Assembly (NCBI GenBank): GCA_963701965.1 | Contig: OY969695.1 | Location: 2,688,001 to 2,752,000, forward strand | Origin: an uncultured Gemmatimonadales bacterium | GTDB lineage: Bacteria; Gemmatimonadota; Gemmatimonadetes; Gemmatimonadales; Gemmatimonadaceae | DNA: 64,000 bases | Reading direction: 5' to 3' | Shown here: positions 41,505-50,270 of the stretch, one piece after another | Position numbering within the stretch: the stretch's first letter is position 1 | Layout of the letters: every line of letters starts with the position of its first letter | Notes under the pieces: model-generated | The model's input: the letters and a program-made list of their open reading frames with translations, nothing else | What the model was told of the DNA's origin: nothing | Databases searched by the model: none | Program-made: the position numbers and the translations under genes

Positions 41505-42369
41505 CGACCATCGGCGCGAGCACGTCATCCATGGTGGTCGTTCCGCGCCGGACGGGGCCCGCGCCGCGCTCGGCGTCGATGCGTCCGGCGTTGTGGGCAT
41601 CATACAGGTCCGCCACGAGCTGGGCGTAACTGGCACTCACGCCGCCGCGCAGTAGCGCGGGCACGCGCTCCCCGGCCGCGAGCGCGCGCGCCGTGATGGG
41701 GCGCCCTGCCAGTCGACCGAGGATCGCGGCGACCTCCTCCGATGTATACCGGCGCGGCCCCTCGACGTGCACGATCCGGCGATGCTCGGCGTCGCCATCA
41801 GTCAGGAGCTCGGCCGCGACGATGCCGACGTCGGGCGCGGACACGACGGGGAATTCCTTGGTAACGGGCGCGTGCAGGGTCGTGAGCACGCCGTTGGCCA
41901 CGGCGCCCCCGGCGAACCGCGCCCAGTTCTGCATGTGCTCGGCCGACCGCAGGAACGTCACTCTCCCATTCAGCCGGGCGAGGCGCTGTTCGAGCCGATG
42001 GAACAGGAGCGTGACGCCGGTACCGTCCGGCACTTCGGCGCCATAGTCGGAGATCGCGAGCACGTGCGGCACCCGCGCACGGTCGAGCGCGGCTCCGAGC
42101 CTCGCGATCGACTGCTCCATCTCGCGGACGGCGTCCTCGGCGCGCGGGGTGATCGGGCAGATCACCTGTGCCGCGTCCGCTCCCTGAAACGCCGCGACGA
42201 GCCCGTCCGGTTGCTCCAGGTCCGCCACGGCGAGCTCGCAGCCGAGTGCTCCGAGGTCGCCGGCGCGGGCAGCGTCGCGCACGACGGCCTGCACGTGTAC
42301 ACCCTGCCCGCGCAGCGCCCTCACCGTCGCCCGTCCGATTTTCCCCGTGGCACCGAGTATGGCCAACAT
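41473..42369 (-). CDS. NmrA-family NAD(P)-binding protein
   Basis: GATGKIG, VSAPDVG, VEGPRRY. Confidence 0.88.
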   Translation of the reverse strand: MLAILGATGKIGRATVRALRGQGVHVQAVVRDAARAGDLGALGCELAVADLEQPDGLVAAFQGADAAQVICPITPRAEDAVREMEQSIARLGAALDRARVPHVLAISDYGAEVPDGTGVTLLFHRLEQRLARLNGRVTFLRSAEHMQNWARFAGGAVANGVLTTLHAPVTKEFPVVSAPDVGIVAAELLTDGDAEHRRIVHVEGPRRYTSEEVAAILGRLAGRPITARALAAGERVPALLRGGVSASYAQLVADLYDAHNAGRIDAERGAGPVRRGTTTMDDVLAPMVATTKNRPAPA

Positions 42370-42465
42370 ATCAAATCAAGTCCTGCAGTCTCGCGATGGG
42401 TTCCGGACGCGATGGTTCATCGTTTGCTCGAGTCCGCTCGCGGGGGCTCTGGCGCGTCCAATGTG

Positions 42466-42495
42466 GTAGTACTACGTTTTTGTATGTACAGAACG
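42466..42495. promoter_or_regulatory. Candidate TA-operon operator palindromes
   Basis: GTAGTACTAC (perfect) and the imperfect CGTTTTTGTA-TG-TACAGAACG, just upstream of ATG 42504. Confidence 0.5.
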
Positions 42496-42503
42496 GTACT
42501 TAC

Positions 42504-42613
42504 ATGCGCTATACGTGGAGTGTCGGGACACGGGCGAGGAGACCGTACGGATCATTTCCGCGCGAAAGGCGACGCGGTTGGAACGGAGCGCGTATGAAGA
42601 CAGGCTCAGGTAA
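42504..42613 (+). pseudogene. brnT: BrnT toxin remnant (internal deletion)
   Basis: MRYTWS start, then in another frame RDTGEETVRIISARKATRLERSAYEDRLR*, the BrnT C-terminal motif. Confidence 0.8.
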
Positions 42614-42953
42614 GGGTCGTGGGCGGCCGGTCGCGCAACCTCGAGTTGCGCGCGAACTGACGGCGTCCCAGCGGAGGGAGCTGTCGTTTCTAGCCACGCT
42701 TCCCGATGAGTCGATCGACCTTTCGGACGCGCCCGACGTTGCCAACTGGACGTCGCCGGTGGTGGGCCGGTTCTATCGCCCGATCAAGGAACCGGTGACG
42801 CTGCGGATCGACGCCGACGTGTTGGCCTGGCTGAAGGCGTCTGGCCCCGGCTATCAGACGCGGATCAACCGATGGCTGCGGACTGCGATGGAGACAGAAG
42901 GCGCGCGCGTGAAGCGTTCTGTCGCGAACAGGAGCGGCCGCGCGCGACGCTAA
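42594..42953 (+). CDS. brnA: BrnA-family antitoxin
   Basis: IDLSDAPD, FYRPIKEPVTLRIDADVLAWLK..GPGYQTRINRWLR. Confidence 0.9.
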   Translation: MKTGSGKGRGRPVAQPRVARELTASQRRELSFLATLPDESIDLSDAPDVANWTSPVVGRFYRPIKEPVTLRIDADVLAWLKASGPGYQTRINRWLRTAMETEGARVKRSVANRSGRARR

Positions 42954-42957
42954 CGCG

Positions 42958-44469
42958 TCAGGTCGACGCCCAGAGATGTTGCGCCGCGTACGCGCGCCAG
43001 GGGCGCCAGGCGTGGGCGCGATCGAGCAGCGCCGCGGGGGTGCGGTCGAGGCCCTCGTGCGTCGCCATGACGCGCATGAGTCCTACGTCGGCGGCCGGGA
43101 ACGCGTCGGGTTCGCGCAGTTGGCGGAGCGCGATGTACTGCGCGGTCCATTCGCCGATGCCGCGGATCGACCGGAGGCGACGGACGGCGTCTTCGAGTCC
43201 CGCGGTCGCGTCAAACAGGTGCGGATCGGCGACGGCGGCCGCGGCGAGCGCCGAGACGGTCGCGGCGCGGCTCCGCGGCATGCCGAGACTCGCGATGTCG
43301 GCACCGATCAGCGCGTCGGGTCGCGGAAAGACGCGGGTGAGCGCGCCGTCCGGCTCGGCCAGCGGCGCGCCATAGGTCGAGACGAGGCGCCCGGTCAGGC
43401 GGCGGGCGGCCGTGAGCGTGATCTGCTGGTGGAGCACGGCGCGGATGGCGAGCTCGAACCCGTCCCATCCGCCGGAGACGCGGAGTCCCGGGCGCGCCTT
43501 GACGAGCGGCGCGAGCGTCCGGTCCTTCGAGAGATGCGCGCCGATCGCGACCGGATCGGCCGCGAGATCGAATACGCGGCGGAGCCGCGCGATGATCGCC
43601 GGCAGCGCAGGAATCCCGGTGACGCTTCGCGTCGCGTGATCCGGGGTCGGTTGGACCGATCCCGGCCAAGCCGGGATCATTGGGAAGCGGACCGTGGCCC
43701 GCAGCGCGTTCTTATCGGCCAGCTCGACGGTGACCGTTCCCTGGGCCCCATCGAGATCGATCGATCGCGTGTAGCGGTCCGCCGTGACGTGCTCGATGCC
43801 GGGGATGGCGCGCCGGCGGAGGTGTTCGATCATCGCCGGCCAGTCGTACGGCGGCTGATAGCGGAGCAGGAGCGCGATCTCCCCGCGCGGTCCGATCGCG
43901 CCGTCGGGTGTGCGGGTGCGCCGGAGCATGCCGGGCGATCGGCCGAAGAGCGTCGCGAACGTCTCATTGAACCGTCGGACGCTCTTGAACCCCGCGGCGA
44001 ACGCCACGACGCCGAGGGGCATCCGCGTCTCGTGGATGAGTTGTTTGGCGAGGAGGACGCGGCGCGTTTGGGCGACGGCGATCGGCGAGGCGCCGAGGTG
44101 TTCGCGGAAGAGGCGCCGGAGTTGGCGTTCGCCGACTCCAAGCCGTTCGGCGAATCCCGCGACGTCCGCTTCGTCGAGCGCGCCGTGCTCGATGAGCGCC
44201 AGGGCGCGGGCGACGGTGCGGGACGTCGTCCGCCACGCGCCCATGTCGGGCGCCGTCTCCGGCCGGCAGCGGAGGCAGGGGCGGTAGCCCGCCTCTTGGG
44301 CCGCGGCGGCCGTTGGGTAGAACACGACATTCTCCGGTCTCGGTGTGCGGGCGGGGCACGTTGGGCGGCAGTAGATGCCGGTCGTCTTGACGGCCGTGAA
44401 GAAGCGGCCGTCGAACCGCGAGTCGCGCAGCGCGAGCGCTCGAAAGCAGGCGTCGTGGTCGAGATCCAT
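42958..44469 (-). CDS. alkA: Ada Zn-binding/AraC + AlkA DNA-3-methyladenine glycosylase
   Basis: RDSRFDG, TGIYCRPTC, RPCLRCRPE, FELAIRAVL.QQI, GIGEWTAQY, DAFPAAD, WRPWRAYA; 21-aa insertion. Confidence 0.95.
   Translation of the reverse strand: MDLDHDACFRALALRDSRFDGRFFTAVKTTGIYCRPTCPARTPRPENVVFYPTAAAAQEAGYRPCLRCRPETAPDMGAWRTTSRTVARALALIEHGALDEADVAGFAERLGVGERQLRRLFREHLGASPIAVAQTRRVLLAKQLIHETRMPLGVVAFAAGFKSVRRFNETFATLFGRSPGMLRRTRTPDGAIGPRGEIALLLRYQPPYDWPAMIEHLRRRAIPGIEHVTADRYTRSIDLDGAQGTVTVELADKNALRATVRFPMIPAWPGSVQPTPDHATRSVTGIPALPAIIARLRRVFDLAADPVAIGAHLSKDRTLAPLVKARPGLRVSGGWDGFELAIRAVLHQQITLTAARRLTGRLVSTYGAPLAEPDGALTRVFPRPDALIGADIASLGMPRSRAATVSALAAAAVADPHLFDATAGLEDAVRRLRSIRGIGEWTAQYIALRQLREPDAFPAADVGLMRVMATHEGLDRTPAALLDRAHAWRPWRAYAAQHLWAST
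43613..43678. mobile_element. 63-bp in-frame palindromic element (RPE/MITE-like), copy A, inside alkA
   Basis: 60/66 nt identical to 44723-44788; ATC at both ends 63 nt apart. Confidence 0.8.
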
Positions 44470-44501
44470 ACGGAATAGTCGCCGGGGTGCTGGCCCAAAA
44501 C

Positions 44502-44566
44502 TAGCGGATTTCGGACACTGACATTCGGCGGCGTTTTCCCTCGGAGTTGGCGTCCGAAAACCGCCA
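44502..44566. promoter_or_regulatory. Inverted pair of candidate Ada-binding motifs
   Basis: TAGCGGATTTCGGAC (44502+) and TGGCGGTTTTCGGAC (minus strand, 44552-66). Confidence 0.5.
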
Positions 44567-44619
44567 ACTTTGCCGAATTCACCAGGCATGTTTCGGGACC
44601 ATTCTTTTGGGAGTGCATC

Positions 44620-45231
44620 ATGCCGGTTTCCGCATTTCATCTCGAGCGCGTCGGGACCCCGACCGGGCCGTTTCTCATCGTCACCGATGACGAAGGGCGC
44701 CTGCGGGCGGCGGAGTGGGAGGATCTCGGCGACGCTCCGCGTCGCGAGATCCGAGGTCGGTTGGACCGATCCCGGCCGAGCCGGGATCTCGCGCATCGCA
44801 TGCATCGGTCGCTGCGCGTGCCGTACGGGGAGCGGGTCGAGTTGCGGCCGATCGCGGCGCCGTCGGCCGCTGCCCGGGCGCTGGAAGCGTATTTCGAGGG
44901 CGAGCTGGAGGCGGTCGGTGTGCTACCGACCTCGACGAATGGGACGGAGTTTCAGCGCGCGGTGTGGGATGCGTTGCGGCGGATTCCTGTCGGCCAGACG
45001 ATGAGCTATAGCGGCGTCGCGCTCGCGATCGGGCGGCCGACGGCGACGCGCGCCGTCGGACTGGCGAACGGTTCGAATCCCATTCCCATCTTCGTGCCGT
45101 GTCACCGCGTGATCGGCGCCAACGGGTCGCTCACCGGGTTTGGCGGCGGAATCCATCGCAAGCGGTGGCTCTTGGCCCACGAGCGGGCGCTCGTGGACGA
45201 GCAGCACTCGCTGTTGGTTGGCGCGCGGTAA
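44620..45231 (+). CDS. ogt: Methylated-DNA--protein-cysteine S-methyltransferase
   Basis: GTEFQRAVW.ALRRIP.G, RAVGLANGSNP, VPCHRVIG, KRWLLAHE; 21-aa insertion. Confidence 0.94.
   Translation: MPVSAFHLERVGTPTGPFLIVTDDEGRLRAAEWEDLGDAPRREIRGRLDRSRPSRDLAHRMHRSLRVPYGERVELRPIAAPSAAARALEAYFEGELEAVGVLPTSTNGTEFQRAVWDALRRIPVGQTMSYSGVALAIGRPTATRAVGLANGSNPIPIFVPCHRVIGANGSLTGFGGGIHRKRWLLAHERALVDEQHSLLVGAR
44721..44791. mobile_element. 63-bp in-frame palindromic element, copy B, inside ogt
   Basis: Direct repeat GGATCTCG at 44721-28 and 44784-91; internal hairpins. Confidence 0.8.
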
Positions 45232-45236
45232 GACAC

Positions 45237-45776
45237 TCACCCGCTGTGGCCGGCGCACTGCATGACGCCGAGGTATTGACTCCACGGCCCCACGGCCTGC
45301 CGATACTGGCAGGCCATGATCCGTGAAATCTGGTGCACGTGCGTGAGGTCGTGTCCCGCCCATGCCGCGAGCAGCTGCGCCATGGTGACCGTTCCCAGCG
45401 CGGGATGGCGTCCACGCAACGCGAGCTCTCGCGGGCCGAGGTTCATGGCGCGAAGCGCCTGAAGGTTCTCCTTTCGCGCGCGCGCGAATTCATCCAGCAA
45501 TTGCGCGAGCGATTGGCCTTGGGATTCGCGAACGTGGCCGAGGCGGTCGAACGGTTCGAACGAACGGCTCTCACCGTGCTCGAGAATCATGCGGGCGCGG
45601 GGCATCCAGTCGGTGCGCTCCCCGTGTATCAGATGGCCGACGACATCGTACGCCGTCCACGAGTCGCCGCCTTCGTTCTGCGTCGTCCACGCGTCCGGCA
45701 GGTCGCGGAGCCACGCGTCGAGCGTGGCGGGCGTGCGTTCGAGGAGCGCCATCGTATGAGCGAGGTCGTGGTCCAT
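45237..45776 (-). CDS. DinB family protein
   Basis: LERTPATL, WTAYDVVGHL, HPALG.VT..QLL..WAGHDLTH. Confidence 0.9.
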   Translation of the reverse strand: MDHDLAHTMALLERTPATLDAWLRDLPDAWTTQNEGGDSWTAYDVVGHLIHGERTDWMPRARMILEHGESRSFEPFDRLGHVRESQGQSLAQLLDEFARARKENLQALRAMNLGPRELALRGRHPALGTVTMAQLLAAWAGHDLTHVHQISRIMACQYRQAVGPWSQYLGVMQCAGHSG

Positions 45777-45821
45777 GACCGGTCCTCAGGTGCGGCATGT
45801 TTCTTTCGTTACGAACGTGTT

Positions 45822-46632
45822 ATGACGCTCCGACGAGTCTGGCTTGCGCCCATTCCCGTGCTCCTGGCCGCGGCGGGCTGCGCCGTCTCCCAGCAGCAGG
45901 AGGTGGCCATGGGGCAGCAAGACGCTCTTCAACTGAGCCGCCAGTTACCGGTCGTGCAAGACCCGGCGATCGACGCCTACATCAATGCACTCGGGAACCA
46001 GAATGGCGAAGCTGACGCCGCGCGCGGATCTCGACTGGCACTTCTACGTCGTGAACACGGGCGTCGTAAACGCGTTCGCGGTGCCCGGCGGGTACATCTA
46101 CGTCAATCGTGGCTTGATCGACCACACGGAGCGCATGGATGAGCTGGCCGGAGTGCTCGGGCACGAGATCGGGCACGTGGTGTTGCGGCATTCGGTCAAG
46201 CAGATGCAGCAGATGCAGGGCACCAACATCGGCGTGGCGTTGGGGTGCATTTTGACCCAGGTCTGCGACGATCCGGCGGCGCAGGCCGCGGTCAACACCG
46301 GCGCCGGGCTGGCGTTCGCGAAGTTCAGTCGGGACGATGAGCGTCAGGCCGATGAACAAGGGGTCCTCAATACCACGCGCGCCGGCATCAGTCCGCAGGG
46401 GATGGAGTCGTTCTTTCAGAAGCTCGTGGCGCTCGGCGGGCCCGGGGCGTCGGGCGGGGTGGCGGTGTGGTTCCAGGACCATCCCGGGACGCAGGATCGC
46501 ATCGACAATGTGCACCGGCAGATCAGCGCGATCCCGCCGGCGAAGTTGGCGACGCTGCGGACGGACGATCCGGGCTTTCGGGATTTCAAGGGGCGCATCG
46601 CAGCCTTGCCGGCACCGCGGCCCGCCAAGTAG
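45822..46632 (+). CDS. M48 metallopeptidase lipoprotein, 1-nt frameshift at about 46002
   Basis: Lipobox AAGC, SQQQEVAMG; next frame NAFAVPGG, GHEIGH, FSRDDERQAD, DHP. Confidence 0.88.
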
Positions 46633-46636
46633 CCGC

Positions 46637-47428
46637 TCAAGACCGGGTGAGCTCCTGGCAGAAGAGGTCTGTCGCCTCATCCGCCGGAAAGAAGCACTCG
46701 ATCCGGAGCTCCTCCAGCGTGACATTCTGCGGCGTCGCGAACGTGGTGATGGTCCAGAAGAACGTCATCTCGCGCCCGTCCTTGCGATAAATGATCGTCC
46801 ACACCGGCTCCGTGGGCGCGTCCCACGCCTCGCGCGTGCGCCAGCGTGGCGGCACGGTTGGAAATGCCAGGACCTGCGCCAGCAGCGCCCGCGCCCGCGG
46901 ATCGAGCGGCGCGGCCGCGACATCGGCATGAAGCTGGCGGAGGAGGTCGATCGCGACGTCTTCCCAGTTCGCGATCAGTGGCCGGAGGATCGCGGGATCG
47001 AACACCATGCGCATCGCGTTGCGATCCGCCGGCCGTTCGCCGAGCAGCCAATCAAAGAGCCGGCCAGTGCCGCCGTTGGCCATGAGCACGTCCCAGTGTC
47101 GGCTGACCACCACCGCCGGATACGGTTCCTGCTGCTTGAGGATCAATTCGATCGCGCGCCGCGCGCGGGTCATCTCTGGCGCCGCGATCTCGTTCTCACC
47201 ATAGAACGGCGCATAGCCGGCCGACATCAAGAGCGCATTGCGCTCCCGCATGGGGACGTTGAGCGCCCCCGCCAGCCGCCCGATCAACTCGCGACTCGGC
47301 TGCGCCTTGCCCGTCTCCACGCAGCTCGAATGCCGCGACGAGACATCGGCGGCGAGCGCCAGATCCAGCTGACTGACCCGGCGCGCCACGCGCCACTCGC
47401 GGAGGAGATCGCCAATCGGAGAAGACAC
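46637..47428 (-). CDS. XRE/MmyB-like transcriptional regulator
   Basis: GDLLREWR...SQLDLAL, RERNALL..AGYAP, QEPYPA, ELRIECFFPAD. Confidence 0.92.
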   Translation of the reverse strand: MSSPIGDLLREWRVARRVSQLDLALAADVSSRHSSCVETGKAQPSRELIGRLAGALNVPMRERNALLMSAGYAPFYGENEIAAPEMTRARRAIELILKQQEPYPAVVVSRHWDVLMANGGTGRLFDWLLGERPADRNAMRMVFDPAILRPLIANWEDVAIDLLRQLHADVAAAPLDPRARALLAQVLAFPTVPPRWRTREAWDAPTEPVWTIIYRKDGREMTFFWTITTFATPQNVTLEELRIECFFPADEATDLFCQELTRS

Positions 47429-47459
47429 ATCGGATGTTAGACGGCCGCCGTGCCAAAGA

Positions 47460-47480
47460 CCATGACCTCCGAGGTCATGG
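47460..47480. promoter_or_regulatory. Operator palindrome of the XRE divergon
   Basis: CCATGACCTC-C-GAGGTCATGG, perfect 10-1-10. Confidence 0.8.
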
Positions 47481-47512
47481 CTTTTGCCGGGACGCGTCGC
47501 GACTATGCCGCC

Positions 47513-48475
47513 ATGCAACGCCGACACTTCATCCAGCTTAGCACCGGCGCCGCGCTCGGTGCCTACGTCGGACGCTCGCGCGTGCTCGCCGCGGACGCGC
47601 CCGGCGGCCCCATCGATGCGTCGACCTTCCATGCAATGCGGCGGTTCGCCGATACGCGCTACGGGCGTATCGCCTACGTCGAGCGCGGATCCGGCAAAGC
47701 CGCGCTATTCCTCCACGGCTTTCTCCTCAACGGCTTCCAATGGCGCGGGGCCATCGAGCGGCTGTCGCCGTACCGGCAATGCGTCGCGCCGGATCTCATG
47801 GGCCTCGGGTACTCGGAGATCCCCGAGGGACAGTCGCTCGCACCGCTCGACCAGGTCGGGATGCTGGCGGCGCTACTCGACACGTTGCACATCCCGGATG
47901 TCGACCTCATCGCCAACGACAGCGGTGGCGGCATCGCGCAGCTGTTCGTGGCCCGCTACCCGCACCGGGTGCGCACGCTGTTGTTGACCAACTGCGAAGT
48001 CGTGATCGACAGCCCGCCGCCGTCATTGCTGCCCGTCATCGCCATGGCGCGTAAGGGGACGTTCGCCGACGAGATCATCGTGCCGCAGCTCAACCCGACG
48101 TTCGCGCGATCGCCCAAAGGCATCGGCCCCCTCCTGTATCAGGATCCGGCGCACCCGACCGACGAAGCGATCCAGTGCTACTTCACGCCGCTCGTCAGCT
48201 CGCCGCGGCGCGAGGCGCAGGTCGGCGCCTACGCGATCGCGCTCGAAAAGGACGCCTTGCTCGGCATCGAGCCGGCATTGCACCGGTTCAATGCCCCCGT
48301 TCGCATCGTCTGGGGTACGGCCGACACGATCTTCTCGCCCGCCTGCCCCGACTGGCTGGACCACGCGTTCCCGCGCTCGCGTGGCGTGCGGCGCGTGGAG
48401 GGCGCCAAGTTGTTTTTCCCCGAGGAGCAGCCGGATCTCCTCGCGACCGAGGCTCGGGCGCTCTGGGGCGGCTAG
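47513..48475 (+). CDS. Tat-exported alpha/beta hydrolase (dehalogenase/epoxide-hydrolase-like)
   Basis: MQRRHFI Tat motif, LHGF, PDLMGLG, ANDSGG. Confidence 0.88.
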   Translation: MQRRHFIQLSTGAALGAYVGRSRVLAADAPGGPIDASTFHAMRRFADTRYGRIAYVERGSGKAALFLHGFLLNGFQWRGAIERLSPYRQCVAPDLMGLGYSEIPEGQSLAPLDQVGMLAALLDTLHIPDVDLIANDSGGGIAQLFVARYPHRVRTLLLTNCEVVIDSPPPSLLPVIAMARKGTFADEIIVPQLNPTFARSPKGIGPLLYQDPAHPTDEAIQCYFTPLVSSPRREAQVGAYAIALEKDALLGIEPALHRFNAPVRIVWGTADTIFSPACPDWLDHAFPRSRGVRRVEGAKLFFPEEQPDLLATEARALWGG

Positions 48476-48632
48476 TGGGTCCACTGGCGACGTATCACAT
48501 AGCGCACACATTTTGGATCGCCCATGAGGCTGCGCTTTTACCGGCACACGCAGTCATGTGACCGAATGGCGGGTCGGATGGTTGGTTCAGCTGTCGATCA
48601 CGATCCAGCCATTCTCTTTGGAGCGATCAGAT

Positions 48633-49124
48633 ATGACCGTTGAACGTTGGGGGCGCGGGATCATCCCCGCCGTCGTCCTGTCAGCCACCATCGCCGCGTG
48701 CAGTGCCTCGACGGCGCCCAGTGGGAGCCGGACGCCGACGGCATCCGTGGCGGTACAGAGCGCGAGCAACAAGTCGACGAGCCGCATCGAGGGCCTCGTC
48801 GTTGGGGATAGCGACCAGCAACGGAGCGCGATTCCGCTGGCCGGCGCGGTGGTGAGCCTTACCCTCCTGACCAGCCCCGATACTTCGGTGGCAAAGGATA
48901 CATTGCCCGTCGTGGACACATCGGGGGCGGGTGGGAAATTCGCGTTCAGTCGCCTGAGTGCGGGCACCTACATCGTGGCCGCGTCGCCGCCGCCGGGAGC
49001 CCCATATCTCCCGAGCGCTGGGACACTCGTGACCGTGCGGTCCGGCGGCTCGGTGAAGGTCAATGTTGTGCTGCAGACATCGACGCCGACGTCGCCGCCC
49101 CCACCGCCGCCTGATTCCGCCTGA
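48633..49124 (+). CDS. Lipoprotein with carboxypeptidase-regulatory-like domain
   Basis: Lipobox IAAC, IEGLV, PLAGAVVSL, GKFAFSRLSAGTY. Confidence 0.75.
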   Translation: MTVERWGRGIIPAVVLSATIAACSASTAPSGSRTPTASVAVQSASNKSTSRIEGLVVGDSDQQRSAIPLAGAVVSLTLLTSPDTSVAKDTLPVVDTSGAGGKFAFSRLSAGTYIVAASPPPGAPYLPSAGTLVTVRSGGSVKVNVVLQTSTPTSPPPPPPDSA

Positions 49125-49161
49125 TTCCACCGCGCCGTGAGCCCGTCTCGCCGCTGACGGC

Positions 49162-49743
49162 GTGACGAGTGACGCATCGTCAGCCGATGCCGAGGTCCCG
49201 TCGGACGCTGCGCTGGCGGCGGGTGTCCGGCGGGGCGTCGCGGCGGCGTTCGCGGCTCTTGTCGGCCGGCATTACCCGACGTCGCTCCGCTACGCCGTAC
49301 GCTTTCTGGGGCATCGAGAGGATGCGGAGGATGCCGTTCAGGAGACGTGGCTGCGCGTCTACCGCGCGTTGGGGAGCGGCGCGTACCGGGAGCAGGCCGT
49401 CTTCGAGCGGTGGTTGTTCCGGATTTTGCTCAACGTATGCCGGACGGCGGCGGCGAGTCGACGTCGGCGTGACGCGGGACGAACGCCCGTTCCGGACATC
49501 GACTTGGCTCCGGTCGCGGCGGATGCCGGCGGAGGCGGGCCGGTGGGCGAGCCGATGATGGACGCGCTGCTCGCGACGCTCGATCCGCGCACGCGAGAGG
49601 CCCTCTTGCTCAAGCATGGGCTGGGGTTGGATTATCCGGAGATGGCGCGCCGAACCGGCGACAGCGTGTCGGCGCTCAAGATGCGCGTCAAGCGCGGCTT
49701 GGAGGCGCTCCGGTCGCGCGTGCTCGAAGGAGACGATCGGTGA
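49162..49743 (+). CDS. ECF RNA polymerase sigma factor
   Basis: DAEDAVQETWLR, WLFRILLNVCR, REALLLKH, SALKMRVKRG. Confidence 0.92.
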   Translation: MTSDASSADAEVPSDAALAAGVRRGVAAAFAALVGRHYPTSLRYAVRFLGHREDAEDAVQETWLRVYRALGSGAYREQAVFERWLFRILLNVCRTAAASRRRRDAGRTPVPDIDLAPVAADAGGGGPVGEPMMDALLATLDPRTREALLLKHGLGLDYPEMARRTGDSVSALKMRVKRGLEALRSRVLEGDDR

Positions 49744-50270
49744 CGGACGAGGGCGAGCTCGAGCGGCGCATGGAGTCGGCAATCCGCCAGTGGTATGCGG
49801 GTCCACTCCCGATCGACCACGCGCATCGGTCGACCGTGATCGACGCGGCGATCCGTGGCGGCCGGCGATCGATGGGGCATCGCCGTTGGATCGCGGGCGT
49901 GTGCGCGGCGGCCGTACTCGTCGGAGCGGTCGTCGCCGTGCGCGGGGAGCACGGCGGGAGGCATCGGGTGCGGGTCACGCCGACCGAGGTCAATGTGCGA
50001 TTCGTTCTGCGCGGGGCGGAGGCGGAGCGCGCGGGCCGCGTGAGCATCGTCGGCGATTTCAACGGCTGGAACGTTGCGGCGACTCCGCTCGATCGGGTGT
50101 CGTCGAGCGAAGGCGTGTGGGCGGTTGACGTGCACATTCGCCCAGGGAGATATGCGTATGCGTTCGTGGTCGACGGCCGCGACTGGATCGCGGATCCCAC
50201 GGCACCGCTCGCGCCGGACGGATTCGGCAATCCGACGTCGGTGATTGTCGTGGGATCGGGCGCCACGTGA
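49740..50270 (+). CDS. Membrane anti-sigma-like protein with CBM48/AMPK glycogen-binding domain
   Basis: TM helix, VSIVGDFNGW, PGRYAYAFVVDG..WIADP, DGFG. Confidence 0.85.
   Translation: MTDEGELERRMESAIRQWYAGPLPIDHAHRSTVIDAAIRGGRRSMGHRRWIAGVCAAAVLVGAVVAVRGEHGGRHRVRVTPTEVNVRFVLRGAEAERAGRVSIVGDFNGWNVAATPLDRVSSSEGVWAVDVHIRPGRYAYAFVVDGRDWIADPTAPLAPDGFGNPTSVIVVGSGAT

Noticed and set aside
42958..44805. 615-aa AlkA with an internally duplicated N-terminal peptide
   Set aside because: The extension is antisense to ogt. The apparent duplication is the second copy of the 63-bp element, and the true start is 44469.
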